A stretch of 64,000 bases of DNA, taken from assembly GCA_031082125.1 (NCBI GenBank), contig JAVHLM010000029.1, positions 1,478 through 65,477 on the forward strand. The letters are read 5' to 3'. Shown here in pieces: positions 19,588 through 30,278 of this stretch; position 1 is the first letter of the stretch, and each line of letters starts with the position of its first letter. A model generated the notes under the pieces. The model was not told the DNA's origin. It searched no databases and saw only the letters and a list, made by a program, of their open reading frames with translations. A program made the position numbers and the translations under genes. Source of the DNA: Vulcanimicrobiota bacterium. Lineage in GTDB: Bacteria > Vulcanimicrobiota > CADAWZ01 > Ess09-12.

Positions 19588-21066
19588 TCAGGAGGGAGTC
19601 ACGGGAATCTCGAGGGAAAAGGTGGTCCCTTTCCCCTCGATGCTCTCCGCGGTTATTCTCCCGCCGTGCTTCTTTACCATCCTCTGGACTATGGCAAGAC
19701 CGATTCCCGTACCGGAGCTTTCCTTTCTCGCCTTGGGGGACCTGCTGAAGATATCAAAGACCTTCTTGATGAAAAAAGGCTCAATTCCCCACCCGTCGTC
19801 ACTGATAGTGAACCGGTGAAAGTCACGGTGCCGGTCGTACCTGACAGAAATAAGGCTGGCTCCGAACTTTGCGCCGTTCTCCAGCAGGTTGTGCAGGATG
19901 TGATGAAATGCCGAAGGGCGGACCATCATCAAGGGAAGCTCCCCTTCTGGCACTATCCTTACCCGGGCGAACCGGTCCTCGGCTTTTATCTGCATTGAGA
20001 TCTGCTCGAGCATGGCCTTCACGTCAACCTCGGCATAATGCTCCTCTTCCCTGTCGATGAGATAGTACCTGCGCAGATCGTCAATCATGGCAAGAGCCTC
20101 TCTTGAGCCTGACACAATCCGCGCCAGCATATCCTTTTCCTCATCGCAGAGCTTATTGGTGGCATGCTCTGCGAGAAGCCTGGAGAATTCCTGTATCGAG
20201 ATGAGGGGGGTCTTGAAGTCATGGGCGATGATATGGCCGAAGATCTCCATGTCTCTTACCTTTTCGGCAAGATCGCGCCTCAGCTGCCTCTCCCCCGAAA
20301 TATCCACCAGGGTGACCAGATAGCCCTTCACTGAGCCCTCTTCATCTATGTAAGGGGAAAAGAACGTTGCCACCTCTATGGTTCCCCCATCCTTCTCCAG
20401 GGCGACAAGGTCTTCATGCCACCTGCCTGCTATGGTTCCCAGGCCTATCCTTGTTACCAGGAGCTCCCGCGTGGCCTCAGAAAAAAAGGAGCATATATCG
20501 CGGCCCGCCATCTCCCTCTTTTCGAACCCCAGCAGGTTGGAAAAGTACTCGTTGGCATAATAAAGGGTCCCCGACCGGTCTATCACCAGGAACCCCACAA
20601 GGGCGGCATTCACCGCATTATAGAAAAAACTGAGCTTTTCTTCGTTTTCCTTTCTTGCCGTGATATCTTTTGTGATGGCGACGAAGCCCGCAGGCGCTCC
20701 CGACTCGCTGCACAGCGTGCTTGCAGTGAGCTCCCCGTAGAAGGTGGTGCCGTCCTTCCTTACCAGGAGATATTCAGCATCCTTCACAAGGCCCGACTCG
20801 AGGGCGATTGCAAGATTCCGGCGCGCCCGCTCATACTCAGAGGGGTGGATGAGATCAAAGGCGCTCCTGCCGAGTATTTCCCCCTCATCAGAAAAACCGT
20901 GACTTGTGAGGGTCCCCTTGCTCACTCTCTGAATTTTCCCTTCCAGATCGGTAATGACCACTGAATCATGAAAGGAGGCAAAAAGGGTGCCCAGGAGCAC
21001 CGGCAGGCTCCCGTGGGTGTGGCTCTCATCGACCCCACGCTCTATTTCCCTTGGCTTTCTCTCCAA
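19588..21066 (-). CDS. cytoplasmic PAS-PAS sensor histidine kinase
   Basis: Two PAS/PAC domains (RKDG...DIT, EKDG...DIS), H box HDFKTPL, N box NLLENGAKF, DDGWGI and GTGIGL. No transmembrane helix. Confidence 0.9.
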   Translation of the reverse strand: MERKPREIERGVDESHTHGSLPVLLGTLFASFHDSVVITDLEGKIQRVSKGTLTSHGFSDEGEILGRSAFDLIHPSEYERARRNLAIALESGLVKDAEYLLVRKDGTTFYGELTASTLCSESGAPAGFVAITKDITARKENEEKLSFFYNAVNAALVGFLVIDRSGTLYYANEYFSNLLGFEKREMAGRDICSFFSEATRELLVTRIGLGTIAGRWHEDLVALEKDGGTIEVATFFSPYIDEEGSVKGYLVTLVDISGERQLRRDLAEKVRDMEIFGHIIAHDFKTPLISIQEFSRLLAEHATNKLCDEEKDMLARIVSGSREALAMIDDLRRYYLIDREEEHYAEVDVKAMLEQISMQIKAEDRFARVRIVPEGELPLMMVRPSAFHHILHNLLENGAKFGASLISVRYDRHRDFHRFTISDDGWGIEPFFIKKVFDIFSRSPKARKESSGTGIGLAIVQRMVKKHGGRITAESIEGKGTTFSLEIPVTPS

Positions 21067-21343
21067 AACCCACCCTCTTCTCCATCTTCACCTCAGCGCG
21101 GCTCTCTCTTTCTATCCCGGAAAACCTCGAGGGCTTCTCCGGGAGGCTGAAGGGTCAGATTGCAAGATTTCCGCCTGTATAATGGGAAAACTCCTGGCAC
21201 AGCGAGGTCTGCTTTCAAGGAGAGATTCAACGGGAAAGGCCAAAGTCCTGTAAGGCAGTGGAGGGGTTTTATAAATATTCCTGGAATATAGGGAACAGGT
21301 CCGTCTACCCGGGACGCTCGGCGGCCTGGAAGAAAGGAGCGCG

Positions 21344-22288
21344 ATGAAAAGGATTCTTGTTACCGGCGGCGCCGGCTTCATAGGTTCGCACCTCGTGAGG
21401 GAGCTCTTGAAGCGCGGCCACGAAGTGCTCTGTGTCGATAACCTCTTCACAGGGTCAAAAGAGAACCTCAGGGAGCTCATGGGGGAAAGGAACTTTGAGT
21501 TCATCAGGCACGATATCATTGAGCCTCTCACCGTGGAAGTCGATGAAATCTATAACCTGGCGTGCCCTGCCTCGCCAATACACTATCAGTATAACCCCAT
21601 CAAGACCATCAAGTGCTCGACGCTCGGTATGATCAACATGCTCGGGCTTGCCAAGCGGGTCAAAGCCAGGATACTCCAGGCTTCGACCTCTGAGGTCTAC
21701 GGCGATCCCGAGGTCCATCCCCAGAAGGAGTCATACTGGGGAAATGTAAATCCCATAGGAATTCGCTCCTGTTATGACGAAGGCAAGCGCGTGGCTGAAT
21801 GCCTCTGCATGGATTACCACAGGATGAACGGTGTTGATGTAAAGATAGTGAGGATTTTCAACACCTACGGCCCCCAGATGGCCCAGAACGACGGGCGCGT
21901 CGTTTCCAATTTCCTGGTCCAGGCCCTCAAGAACGAGCCAATCACCATCTATGGCGACGGCACGCAGACAAGGAGCTTCATGTATGTCTCCGACCTTGTG
22001 GAGGGCCTCATCGCCATGATGGAGTGCCCCGCCTTCATCGGGCCGGTGAACCTGGGCAATCCCGAAGAGTATACCATAAAAGACATTGCAGAGCAGGTCA
22101 GCATAATCTGCCGATCTGGCTCCAGGATCATCCATGAGCCTCTCCCCCAGGATGATCCAAGACGCCGGAAGCCTGACATATCCCTGGCCCGGGAAAAGCT
22201 TGGCTGGAGCCCCAGGGTGACCCTCAATGAAGGCCTCGGGTACACGAAAGAGTACTTTGCGGCAAGGTTGAACCTCCAGAGACAATAA
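21344..22288 (+). CDS. UDP-glucuronic acid decarboxylase (UDP-xylose synthase) family SDR
   Basis: [40 protein letters not shown] and [10 protein letters not shown]. Confidence 0.92.
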   Translation: MKRILVTGGAGFIGSHLVRELLKRGHEVLCVDNLFTGSKENLRELMGERNFEFIRHDIIEPLTVEVDEIYNLACPASPIHYQYNPIKTIKCSTLGMINMLGLAKRVKARILQASTSEVYGDPEVHPQKESYWGNVNPIGIRSCYDEGKRVAECLCMDYHRMNGVDVKIVRIFNTYGPQMAQNDGRVVSNFLVQALKNEPITIYGDGTQTRSFMYVSDLVEGLIAMMECPAFIGPVNLGNPEEYTIKDIAEQVSIICRSGSRIIHEPLPQDDPRRRKPDISLAREKLGWSPRVTLNEGLGYTKEYFAARLNLQRQ

Positions 22289-22316
22289 CACCTGGCCTGA
22301 TATTCCGGAGCTTCTT

Positions 22317-23006
22317 ATGACCATAGGCATCCTTCAGCCCGGCTACCTTCCCTGGCTCGGCTTCTTCGAGCAGCTTTACAGGAGCGATCTCTTTGTCATT
22401 TATGATGACGTCACCTTTGACAAGGGAGGGTGGAGAAACCGCAACAGAATAAAGACCCCGGGGGGATGGTGCTGGCTCACTGTGCCCCTCGAGCAGGAAA
22501 ACCTCACGGCCACCCTGGTGAAAGACGTGAAAATCAATAACAGGACAGACTGGAAAAAGAAGCACCTCGCCTCGATAGCGCAATATTACCGAAAGGCGCG
22601 TTTTTTCACTGAGACCATAGGCATCTTTGAAGAGGCCTATGGAAAGCACTGGGAAATGCTCATTGATATCGACATGTTCTTTATCAGGAGGCTCATGGAG
22701 TTCCTTGAGATTGACAGGCCCCTCGTATGTTCTTCATCGCTGGCCATAGAGGGCGACAGGAATGGAAGGCTCATCTCACTGTGCATGCATTTCGGCGCCG
22801 ACAGGTTTTACGAGGGCAAGGCGGGGGCAGCCTATATCGAGGAGGAGAGATTCAGGAGCCACGGGATAGAAGTCCTCTTCCAGGAGTATGTCCACCCGGT
22901 CTATACCCAGCTTTACGGGGAGTTCGTGCCGTACCTCTCGGTGGCAGATCTTACCTTCAATCATGGAAAAGAAAGCCTCCCGATACTTCTCTCTCAGAGG
23001 AGGTAA
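22317..23006 (+). CDS. WbqC family protein
   Basis: LQPGYLPWLGFF, WRNRNRIK, HPVYTQ and LSVADLTFN motifs. Confidence 0.9.
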   Translation: MTIGILQPGYLPWLGFFEQLYRSDLFVIYDDVTFDKGGWRNRNRIKTPGGWCWLTVPLEQENLTATLVKDVKINNRTDWKKKHLASIAQYYRKARFFTETIGIFEEAYGKHWEMLIDIDMFFIRRLMEFLEIDRPLVCSSSLAIEGDRNGRLISLCMHFGADRFYEGKAGAAYIEEERFRSHGIEVLFQEYVHPVYTQLYGEFVPYLSVADLTFNHGKESLPILLSQRR

Positions 23007-23131
23007 AGCCCCGGGGGGAGAAGTATAAACGGGCACCACCACACCAGGTATAAAAAACGAGCCGCCACCGGGCGCCTGGCTTCTGGAAAGGTGCTTCATC
23101 ACGGTAATCTTAAGCATAAAGGAGCGTTTCA

Positions 23132-24163
23132 ATGAGCACCACAGTCCTCATCACCGGGGGAGCCGGCTTTATCGGCTCCAATTTCGTGCGGTATCTCCGC
23201 CAGAAATATCCCTCCTACACCATCGTTGTCCTTGATGCGCTCACCTACGCGGGAACAATGGACAACCTCCCGGGGAACATCAATGAGGTCGAGAATTTCT
23301 CTTTCTGGTACGGCAACGTGAGAAACTCCGAGCTGGTGGATACCCTCGTGGAACAGTCAGACATCGTGGTCCACTTTGCCGCCGAAACCCACGTGACACG
23401 CTCGATTTTTGACAACCTTCTCTTCTTCGAGACGGACATCCTCGGCACCCAGGCCGTGGCGAACGCCGTGGTGAACCATGCCAGAAAGGTAAAGCGGTTT
23501 ATCCATATCTCCACCTCGGAGGTGTACGGAACGGCCACCACCGAGGTCATGGACGAGGACCATCCCCTTCTCCCCATGAGCCCCTATGCGAGCGCCAAGG
23601 CAGGTGCCGACAGGCTTGTTTATTCCTACTGGGCCACCTATGACATACCGGCCGTCATTGTCCGCCCTTTCAATAACTTCGGCCCCCATCAGCACCTGGA
23701 GAAGGCCATTCCCCGGTTCATCACAAGCTGCCTGCTTGATGAGCCTCTCACTGTCCATGGCGACGGGAGCGCAGAGAGAGACTGGATCTTCGTGGAGGAT
23801 CACTGCAGGGCTCTCGATATGATAATACACTGCGATATCGAGAAAGTGAAAGGCCAGGTCATCAATATCGGCACGTGCAGGAGCGTGAGCATAATGGATA
23901 TCGCTTCCCTCATCGTGAAGAAGATGGGGAGGCCCCAGTCAATGATCACCTCCATCTCGGACAGGCCGGGCCAGGTGTTCCGCCATACGGCCGCTATCGG
24001 CAAGGCAAAAAGTATCCTGGGGTGGGAGCCTGAATTCACGCTGGAAGAGGGACTTGACAGGACCATCGAGTGGTACTCGCATAACATGAAGTGGTGGGAA
24101 AAACAGCTCTGGATGCGCCATATCCCTATCATCACAAGGGACGGAAAAAAGAGCATGCATTAA
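23132..24163 (+). CDS. dTDP-glucose 4,6-dehydratase-like SDR
   Basis: [33 protein letters not shown] and PFNNFGP. It has STSEVY rather than the canonical STDEVY, so the exact substrate is uncertain. Confidence 0.8.
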   Translation: MSTTVLITGGAGFIGSNFVRYLRQKYPSYTIVVLDALTYAGTMDNLPGNINEVENFSFWYGNVRNSELVDTLVEQSDIVVHFAAETHVTRSIFDNLLFFETDILGTQAVANAVVNHARKVKRFIHISTSEVYGTATTEVMDEDHPLLPMSPYASAKAGADRLVYSYWATYDIPAVIVRPFNNFGPHQHLEKAIPRFITSCLLDEPLTVHGDGSAERDWIFVEDHCRALDMIIHCDIEKVKGQVINIGTCRSVSIMDIASLIVKKMGRPQSMITSISDRPGQVFRHTAAIGKAKSILGWEPEFTLEEGLDRTIEWYSHNMKWWEKQLWMRHIPIITRDGKKSMH

Positions 24164-24166
24164 GGT

Positions 24167-25060
24167 ATGCCGGAAAAGAGCCCGCAGGGAAAGAAGGTAA
24201 TCATTGTGACGGCAGTAAGCATAAACGGCACCATCACGGCGGCAGAGGAAGCGAAGATACCGGTCTTCGATCATGGCTTTCTTTATGGAGACAGCATTTA
24301 TGAGACCATCAGAACGTACGGGAAAGCGCCATTTCTGCTGAAAGAGCACCTTGAGCGCCTCGCGCGGTCCGGCCAGGCCATAGAACTCACCATCCCCTTC
24401 ACCCTCGAGGAGTGTGCCGCCGAGATGAAGCGCCTGGCTCACCACGTTGAGGCCGAAGAGTATCTCTACAGGGTCATGGTGACGCGGGGTGAGGGCAAGC
24501 CGGGTTACCGCCTCGATAAGCTCCAGAAGCCCACGACAGTGATGATATGCTTTGAGTTCAAGGGCTTCTCCCCGGAATATTACCGGAAAGGAATTACCCT
24601 TTACACTGCCACGGTAAAACGCAATGACGTGGCATGCCTGAACCCCGCCATCAAGTCGGGCAACCTGCTCAATGTGAGGCTGGCCTACATGGACGCCCAC
24701 AGGAAGGGAGGCGACGAGGCCCTCATGCTCAATCTCAACAACGAGATAGCTGAGTGCTCGTCAAGCAACGTGTTTTTTGTCAGAGAAGGCGTTCTTCTCA
24801 CGCCTGCACTCGAGTCAGGCCTCCTGCCCGGAATTACGCGTCAGTTCATTCTCAGGCTCGCCCTGGAGATCGGCATCACTGCCCGGGAAGAGCGCCTCCC
24901 TGCCGACATCATCAGTGGATGCAGCGAGTGCTTTGTCTCGAGCACCATCAAGGCGCTCCTCCCTGTCCGGAAGGTTGACGAGACTCTCTTTGCCTGCCCG
25001 GGAGAGATCACGGGAAGGCTCATGGAAGCCTTCGGCAGGGCAACGAGGCAATCAGGATAG
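24167..25060 (+). CDS. aminotransferase class IV (IlvE/PabC/Dat family)
   Basis: DHGFLYGDSIYETIR, HLERL, PLP lysine IKSGN, ECSSSNVF and LLPGITR. The true start may be the GTG near 24206. Confidence 0.88.
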   Translation: MPEKSPQGKKVIIVTAVSINGTITAAEEAKIPVFDHGFLYGDSIYETIRTYGKAPFLLKEHLERLARSGQAIELTIPFTLEECAAEMKRLAHHVEAEEYLYRVMVTRGEGKPGYRLDKLQKPTTVMICFEFKGFSPEYYRKGITLYTATVKRNDVACLNPAIKSGNLLNVRLAYMDAHRKGGDEALMLNLNNEIAECSSSNVFFVREGVLLTPALESGLLPGITRQFILRLALEIGITAREERLPADIISGCSECFVSSTIKALLPVRKVDETLFACPGEITGRLMEAFGRATRQSG

Positions 25061-25096
25061 AGACAAGCGAAAAAAGCTCCGCACAGAAAGAGAGGT

Positions 25097-27667
25097 ATGA
25101 TCACAGTGAAGAAAAGTTCATCGACAGGCACCGCACCCTCGCCGGACCCGAAAAGAGAGGCATTCTGGGCACTCATGGAGGACTTCCTGGATTTGGACAG
25201 GGCCAGCATTGAGCGCTTCATGGCAAATCACATGGAGTACACCCAGGGCAAGGAAAAATTCACCTCCAGGGACATCGACTTTTACATGAGCCTCGCCTAC
25301 ACGGTGAGAGACTATCTCATGGAGCGCTCCAACAACTCTCACCACCATTATTACGGTGAAAACGCGAAGCGCGTCTATTACCTCTCGATGGAATACCTTA
25401 TGGGGAGAACACTGGGGAACGCCCTGGTGAACCTGGGCATGTACGACCTGGCAAAAGACACCCTTGCCCGGTATGACCTGGATATGGAGGAGCTCATGAA
25501 CTTCGAGCCCGATGCCGGCCTGGGCAACGGGGGCCTCGGAAGGCTCGCCGCCTGCTTCCTGGACTCGATGGCCACCCTCTCCATCCCCTCCTTCGGCTAC
25601 GGCATCCACTACGACTACGGCATCTTCAACCAGAAAATCAAGGACGGCTTCCAGGTGGAGCTTCCCGACAACTGGCTGAAATTCGGTAATCCCTGGGAAA
25701 CCCTGAGGCAGGATTACACTTATGTCATCGAGATAAGCGGCCGTGTGATCCAATACACGGACAACAAAGGAAGTCTCCGGCATGACTGGGTTGACACCAG
25801 AAAGGCTCTTGCTGTGCCCTATGATACACCGATTCCCGGCTACGGCAACTTCACGGCCAATACGCTCCGGCTCTGGTCGGCTAGGGCCATCCACGAGTTC
25901 AACCTCGAGAAGTTCAACGAAGGAGATTACATGCTTGCGGTCCAGGAGAGGAGCCTCGCGGAGACCATCACCCGCGTCCTCTACCCCAAGGACGACCAGA
26001 TCAAGGGGAAGACCCTGAGGCTCATCCAGGAATACTTCTTTGTATCGGCATCGCTCCAGGACATCATCAGGCGCCACAAGGTGAAGAACCGCTCGCTTGA
26101 CAACCTGGAGAAAAAGGCGGCCATCCAGCTCAACGACACCCACCCCGCCCTTGCCATTGCCGAGCTGATGAGGATCCTTGTGGACAAGGAGGGCTACGGA
26201 TGGGAGAAGGCCTGGGACATAGTCCAGGGGACCATAGGCTATACCAACCACACGGTGCTCCCCGAGGCCCTCGAGAGATGGCCCGTCTCCCTGATGGAGG
26301 AGATACTGCCCCGCCATCTCCAGATTATTTACGAGATCAACAGGCGCCACCTGGATGAGGTGAGCGTCCGCTTCCCCGGTGATACGGGCCGCCTTGCAAG
26401 GATGTCCATCATCGAGGAGACTCCCGAGAAGGCCGTGCGCATGGGGCACCTGGCCGTCGTGGGAAGCCACTCGGTGAACGGCGTGGCGGAGCTTCATTCC
26501 CAGATCCTTGTCGAGTCGGTCTTCAAGGACTTTGCCGAGCTGTGGCCTGAAAAATTCAGCAACAAGACCAACGGGATCACCCAGCGGCGCTGGCTGCTGC
26601 TCTGCAACCCCGAGCTCGCCGCGCTGACCTCCAGGACCATAGGCGACGGCTGGGTAAAGGATCTCTTCCAGCTGAGGGAGATGGAAAAGTCTGCAAAAGA
26701 CGAAAAATTCAGGCGTGCCTGGAGGGAGATCAAGCAGAACAACAAGAAGAGGCTCGCGGAATACGTGGAGAAGACCATGGGCATCACCCTGAACACCGAA
26801 TCAATATTTGACTCCCAGATCAAGAGGGTCCACGAGTACAAGAGGCAGCTCCTCAATGTGCTCCATACCATCACCCTTTACCACCGCATCAAGAACAATC
26901 CCGGAGGGGATTTTGTGCCACGCACAAAGATCTTCTCAGGGAAGGCGGCACCGGGGTACTTCATGGCGAAGCTGATCATCAAGCTCATTAACGCCGTGGC
27001 TGAAGTGGTGAACAACGATCCCGACATGGGCGACATGCTCAAGGTGGTCTTCATGGAGAATTACAGCGTGACGCTCGCCGAGCTGATAATCCCCGCCTCG
27101 GACCTCTCGGAGCAGATTTCCACCGCCGGCATGGAGGCGTCAGGGACAGGGAACATGAAGCTCTCCCTCAACGGCGCCCTCACCATAGGGACGCTTGACG
27201 GTGCCACCATCGAGATCAGGGAAGAGGTCGGCGACGAGAACATCTTCATCTTTGGCCTCACGGCCCAGGAGGTCCAGGAGCTCAGGGCCTCGGGGTATGA
27301 TCCCTTCCAGGAGGTGCACGACAACGATGAGCTGAGGGCATCACTTGAGATGATTTCCACAGGGCTCTTCTCCGGTGGCGACAGGGAGCTCTTCAAGCCT
27401 CTCCTTGATTCGCTGCTGGGAAAGGGTGACTTCTTCCTGGTGCTCAAGGACTATGCCTCCTATATCGCCTGCCAGGAGAAAGTGAATCTCTTCTTCAGAA
27501 ACCAGCAGAAATGGACCGAGATGTCTATCCTGAACACCTGCCGCATGGGCAAATTCTCGAGTGACAGGACCATCAGCGAATACAACGGTGAGATCTGGAA
27601 GGCCGAGCCGGTGGTCATTGAGCAGAAGCGCCGGCCCTCGCGAGAGCCGGCCTGCTCAAAGCGATGA
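25097..27667 (+). CDS. glgP: glycogen/alpha-glucan phosphorylase
   Basis: GLGNGGLGRLAACF, QLNDTHP, YTNHTVLPEALE, KRVHEYKRQ and the PLP site EASGTGNMK. Confidence 0.96.
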   Translation: MITVKKSSSTGTAPSPDPKREAFWALMEDFLDLDRASIERFMANHMEYTQGKEKFTSRDIDFYMSLAYTVRDYLMERSNNSHHHYYGENAKRVYYLSMEYLMGRTLGNALVNLGMYDLAKDTLARYDLDMEELMNFEPDAGLGNGGLGRLAACFLDSMATLSIPSFGYGIHYDYGIFNQKIKDGFQVELPDNWLKFGNPWETLRQDYTYVIEISGRVIQYTDNKGSLRHDWVDTRKALAVPYDTPIPGYGNFTANTLRLWSARAIHEFNLEKFNEGDYMLAVQERSLAETITRVLYPKDDQIKGKTLRLIQEYFFVSASLQDIIRRHKVKNRSLDNLEKKAAIQLNDTHPALAIAELMRILVDKEGYGWEKAWDIVQGTIGYTNHTVLPEALERWPVSLMEEILPRHLQIIYEINRRHLDEVSVRFPGDTGRLARMSIIEETPEKAVRMGHLAVVGSHSVNGVAELHSQILVESVFKDFAELWPEKFSNKTNGITQRRWLLLCNPELAALTSRTIGDGWVKDLFQLREMEKSAKDEKFRRAWREIKQNNKKRLAEYVEKTMGITLNTESIFDSQIKRVHEYKRQLLNVLHTITLYHRIKNNPGGDFVPRTKIFSGKAAPGYFMAKLIIKLINAVAEVVNNDPDMGDMLKVVFMENYSVTLAELIIPASDLSEQISTAGMEASGTGNMKLSLNGALTIGTLDGATIEIREEVGDENIFIFGLTAQEVQELRASGYDPFQEVHDNDELRASLEMISTGLFSGGDRELFKPLLDSLLGKGDFFLVLKDYASYIACQEKVNLFFRNQQKWTEMSILNTCRMGKFSSDRTISEYNGEIWKAEPVVIEQKRRPSREPACSKR

Positions 27668-28815
27668 AGATAGCCGATTTCAGGCTCGAGCGGTTTTTTG
27701 CCCGCCACGAGTTCAGCGCCCCTTATCTTCTCTGCTCTTCCGACTGCGAAAGCTGGTCGGTGGAGGAACTCCTCTCCCTGGAGGAGGGGAGCCTGAGCGA
27801 GCTGCGGGCCCTGCGGCTCGGCTACACGGAGTCCCTGGGGCACCCCGCTCTCAGGGAGGAGCTGGCGCGCCTCTATGAGAGGATGGGCGCCGATGATATC
27901 ATTGTCTTCTCCGGCGCCGAGGAGGCAATTTTCATCTTCATGAACGTGGCCCTCGGCAAAGGCGATCACGTCATCGTGCAGTTCCCGGCGTACCAGTCAC
28001 TCTATGAGGTGGCGGACTCCATAGGGTGCCGTGTCACCCGCTGGGTAATGGATGAGCGCAAGGGGCTGTGGCACCTGGATATGGACCTCCTGGAGAGACT
28101 GATCGAGAAAGATACCAGGGCCATTATCATCAATACGCCCCACAATCCCACGGGCCACCTCATGCTCCGCGCAGATTACGAAAGGCTCATTGAGATAGCA
28201 GCGCAGAAGGGCATCACCCTCTTCTGCGACGAGGTGTACCGCATGCTGGAACATGACTGTTCCTTGCGGCTCCCTGCCCTCTGCGACTGCCTTGACAAGG
28301 GCATATCACTGGGAGTCATGTCAAAATCCCTCGGGCTTGCGGGCCTCAGGATAGGATGGGTTGCGACCGCTGACAGGGACCTGAGGCGGAAAATGGCTTC
28401 CTTCAAGGATTACACCACAATCTGCAGCAGCGCTCCCTCGGAGCTCCTCTCGATGATTGCCCTCAGGAACAGGGATAAGCTCCTGGCGCGGAATCTATCA
28501 ATCATATCCCTCAACATGGAGCTTCTGTCAGGATTCTTCAGGGAATACGGGCACCTCTTCAGGTGGGCTCCCCCCCGTGCAGGGTCCATTGCCTTCCCCT
28601 CGCTGCTCTTTGAAAAAAATGTGCTGGATTTCGTGACAGACCTTGTGGAGAAAAAAGGCGTGCTGCTCATGCCGGGCACCCATTACGACTTTGACGAGAG
28701 GCACTTCCGCATAGGCTTCGGCAGAAGGAACATGCCGGAAGCCCTGGGCCGTCTTGAGGAATACGTGAAGGAGCAGCTTGCAGGTCAGGCCGGCCCCCGG
28801 GGGCTCGATAATTGA
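27664..28815 (+). CDS. PLP-dependent aminotransferase class I/II
   Basis: NTPHNPTG, DEVY and SKSLGLAGLRIGW; 4-bp overlap with glgP. Confidence 0.9.
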   Translation: MKIADFRLERFFARHEFSAPYLLCSSDCESWSVEELLSLEEGSLSELRALRLGYTESLGHPALREELARLYERMGADDIIVFSGAEEAIFIFMNVALGKGDHVIVQFPAYQSLYEVADSIGCRVTRWVMDERKGLWHLDMDLLERLIEKDTRAIIINTPHNPTGHLMLRADYERLIEIAAQKGITLFCDEVYRMLEHDCSLRLPALCDCLDKGISLGVMSKSLGLAGLRIGWVATADRDLRRKMASFKDYTTICSSAPSELLSMIALRNRDKLLARNLSIISLNMELLSGFFREYGHLFRWAPPRAGSIAFPSLLFEKNVLDFVTDLVEKKGVLLMPGTHYDFDERHFRIGFGRRNMPEALGRLEEYVKEQLAGQAGPRGLDN

Positions 28816-29627
28816 GCTGCCGCCGCATGCACGTTGCCTTCATGGGCTTCCCTGTAAAAATCACTGAGGACGGACTTCCTCCCGAGGCACTCCTCCACAG
28901 CCACGTTCAAAGGCTCAGGCTCCTTCCCCTCTTTGATGAGCTTCTTCACGATGCTCCTGAGCCTTGAAAGATACTCTCTGTTATCATCTGCCAGGGAGGG
29001 ATCGGTCCTCTCCCCATGGCCGGGAAAGACCTGGCGGGGCTTCCATTTCCTGAGCCTCCCGAGGTTTCTTATAAACAGGTCAAGCGAGGTGCCGGGACCT
29101 CCCTCATGGGCCAGGGGGAAGGGATCTTCCACCATGTCGCCGGCAAGGCACACGTGGGAAGGCTCGAGAAAGACCACGAGGGAGTCCCGTGAATGGCCGG
29201 GCAGGTGCTCAAGAACGACATCGACGGTACCGTCGCTTATGGTGAGGCGCCGTGAGAAGGTGATGCCGGGAAGCACTATGGTCACCCTGCCTTTCTCCCA
29301 GTCAGGGCTGCTCTTCCTGTAGGAATCAAGGGTGGCCTGGGCGCTTTCTCTCATCATGGCGAGGCACTCTTCCTGGGCAATCACCACCGCAGCGTCCCCA
29401 AATGCGCAGTTTCCCCAGACATGGTCAAAGTGATGGTGAGTGTTCACTATAAAAAGAGAGCGCTTCCCGCCGCGGGATTTCATATAATCCAGGAAAGGCA
29501 CCATACTGGCAGGACCCATGAAGGTGTCCACCACAATGAAGAGGCTTTCTGTCTCAATAAGAAAGCAGTTCGCATTAAAAAGATCGGGAAACTTCAGCAC
29601 ATGGAGCTGGTCTCCAATTTTTTCCAT
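28785..29627 (-). CDS. MBL-fold metallo-hydrolase
   Basis: THHHFDH, PGHS, AGD and PGHG motifs. Confidence 0.88.
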   Translation of the reverse strand: MEKIGDQLHVLKFPDLFNANCFLIETESLFIVVDTFMGPASMVPFLDYMKSRGGKRSLFIVNTHHHFDHVWGNCAFGDAAVVIAQEECLAMMRESAQATLDSYRKSSPDWEKGRVTIVLPGITFSRRLTISDGTVDVVLEHLPGHSRDSLVVFLEPSHVCLAGDMVEDPFPLAHEGGPGTSLDLFIRNLGRLRKWKPRQVFPGHGERTDPSLADDNREYLSRLRSIVKKLIKEGKEPEPLNVAVEECLGRKSVLSDFYREAHEGNVHAAAAQLSSPRGPA

Positions 29628-29632
29628 AAGAG

Positions 29633-30277
29633 CTACTCGGTGACATTTTTCTTCGTGAGTTCGTCAACGACGGTCCTGTAGCCTTTTTTCTTCGCGATGG
29701 AGAGGGCCGAGGCTCCTGCCGCATTGCGGAGGTTCAGCGCCGCGCCCTGGGCCATGAGAAGGAGGGCCGTCTCCGGGTGGCCGTTCATGAGAGCCCACAT
29801 AAGAGGCGTGTTCTTCTCCTCGTCAAGGCCGTTTATCTCGCCCCCTTTTTCCAGGAAATATCCCACCATTTTATCCCTGCCGTAATAGGCCGCATAGTGG
29901 AGGGGCGTGCGACCGTAGCTGTCACGGGCCGTCACGTCAGCACCCCTCCCGATAAGGAGATCGCCCACGGCGGGAGAGGCAGCGACATGAAGAGCGGTCT
30001 GGCCGTCCCTGTCTTTCGCGTGGACACTTGCTCCCCTGGAGATCAGGAAAGCCGTCATCTCCTTGCTGCCCCCCTGGGCGGCGCGGTGAAGAGGAAGCTG
30101 CCCCTGCACCATATCCCCCACGTTGAGGAGCTCGGGATTCTCCTTCAGAAACTGCTGTACCTTCTTGATATCGCCTGCACCGGCGGCTTCATGAATCTCC
30201 CCGGCCGGGCAGGGCTGCCTCATGAGAGACAACACGGCGATGAGAGCAGTAATAAGAATTTTCAGGTGTTTTTCCAT
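29633..30277 (-). CDS. secreted ankyrin repeat protein
   Basis: Signal-like N-terminus; repeats GQLPLHRAA, GQTALHVAA, GRTPLHYAA and NTPLMWA. Confidence 0.88.
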   Translation of the reverse strand: MEKHLKILITALIAVLSLMRQPCPAGEIHEAAGAGDIKKVQQFLKENPELLNVGDMVQGQLPLHRAAQGGSKEMTAFLISRGASVHAKDRDGQTALHVAASPAVGDLLIGRGADVTARDSYGRTPLHYAAYYGRDKMVGYFLEKGGEINGLDEEKNTPLMWALMNGHPETALLLMAQGAALNLRNAAGASALSIAKKKGYRTVVDELTKKNVTE

Positions 30278-30278
30278 G

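Noticed and set aside
21185-21270. Possible glycine riboswitch (GGAGAGA followed by a stem) in the leader of the UXS gene
   Set aside because: The conserved CCGAAG and CUCUCAGG/CUUUCAGG elements are missing. Some pairing is possible but no family is supported.
25118-26497. 459-aa antisense ORF, and similar long shadow ORFs at 46501-47616, 47629-48732 and 18556-19437
   Set aside because: They lie opposite well-supported genes and are expected from GC-rich codon bias. They show no motifs of their own.
28785-28815. 31-bp convergent overlap between the aminotransferase and MBL genes
   Set aside because: Short 3' overlaps are common in compact GC-rich genomes and nothing here indicates a function.
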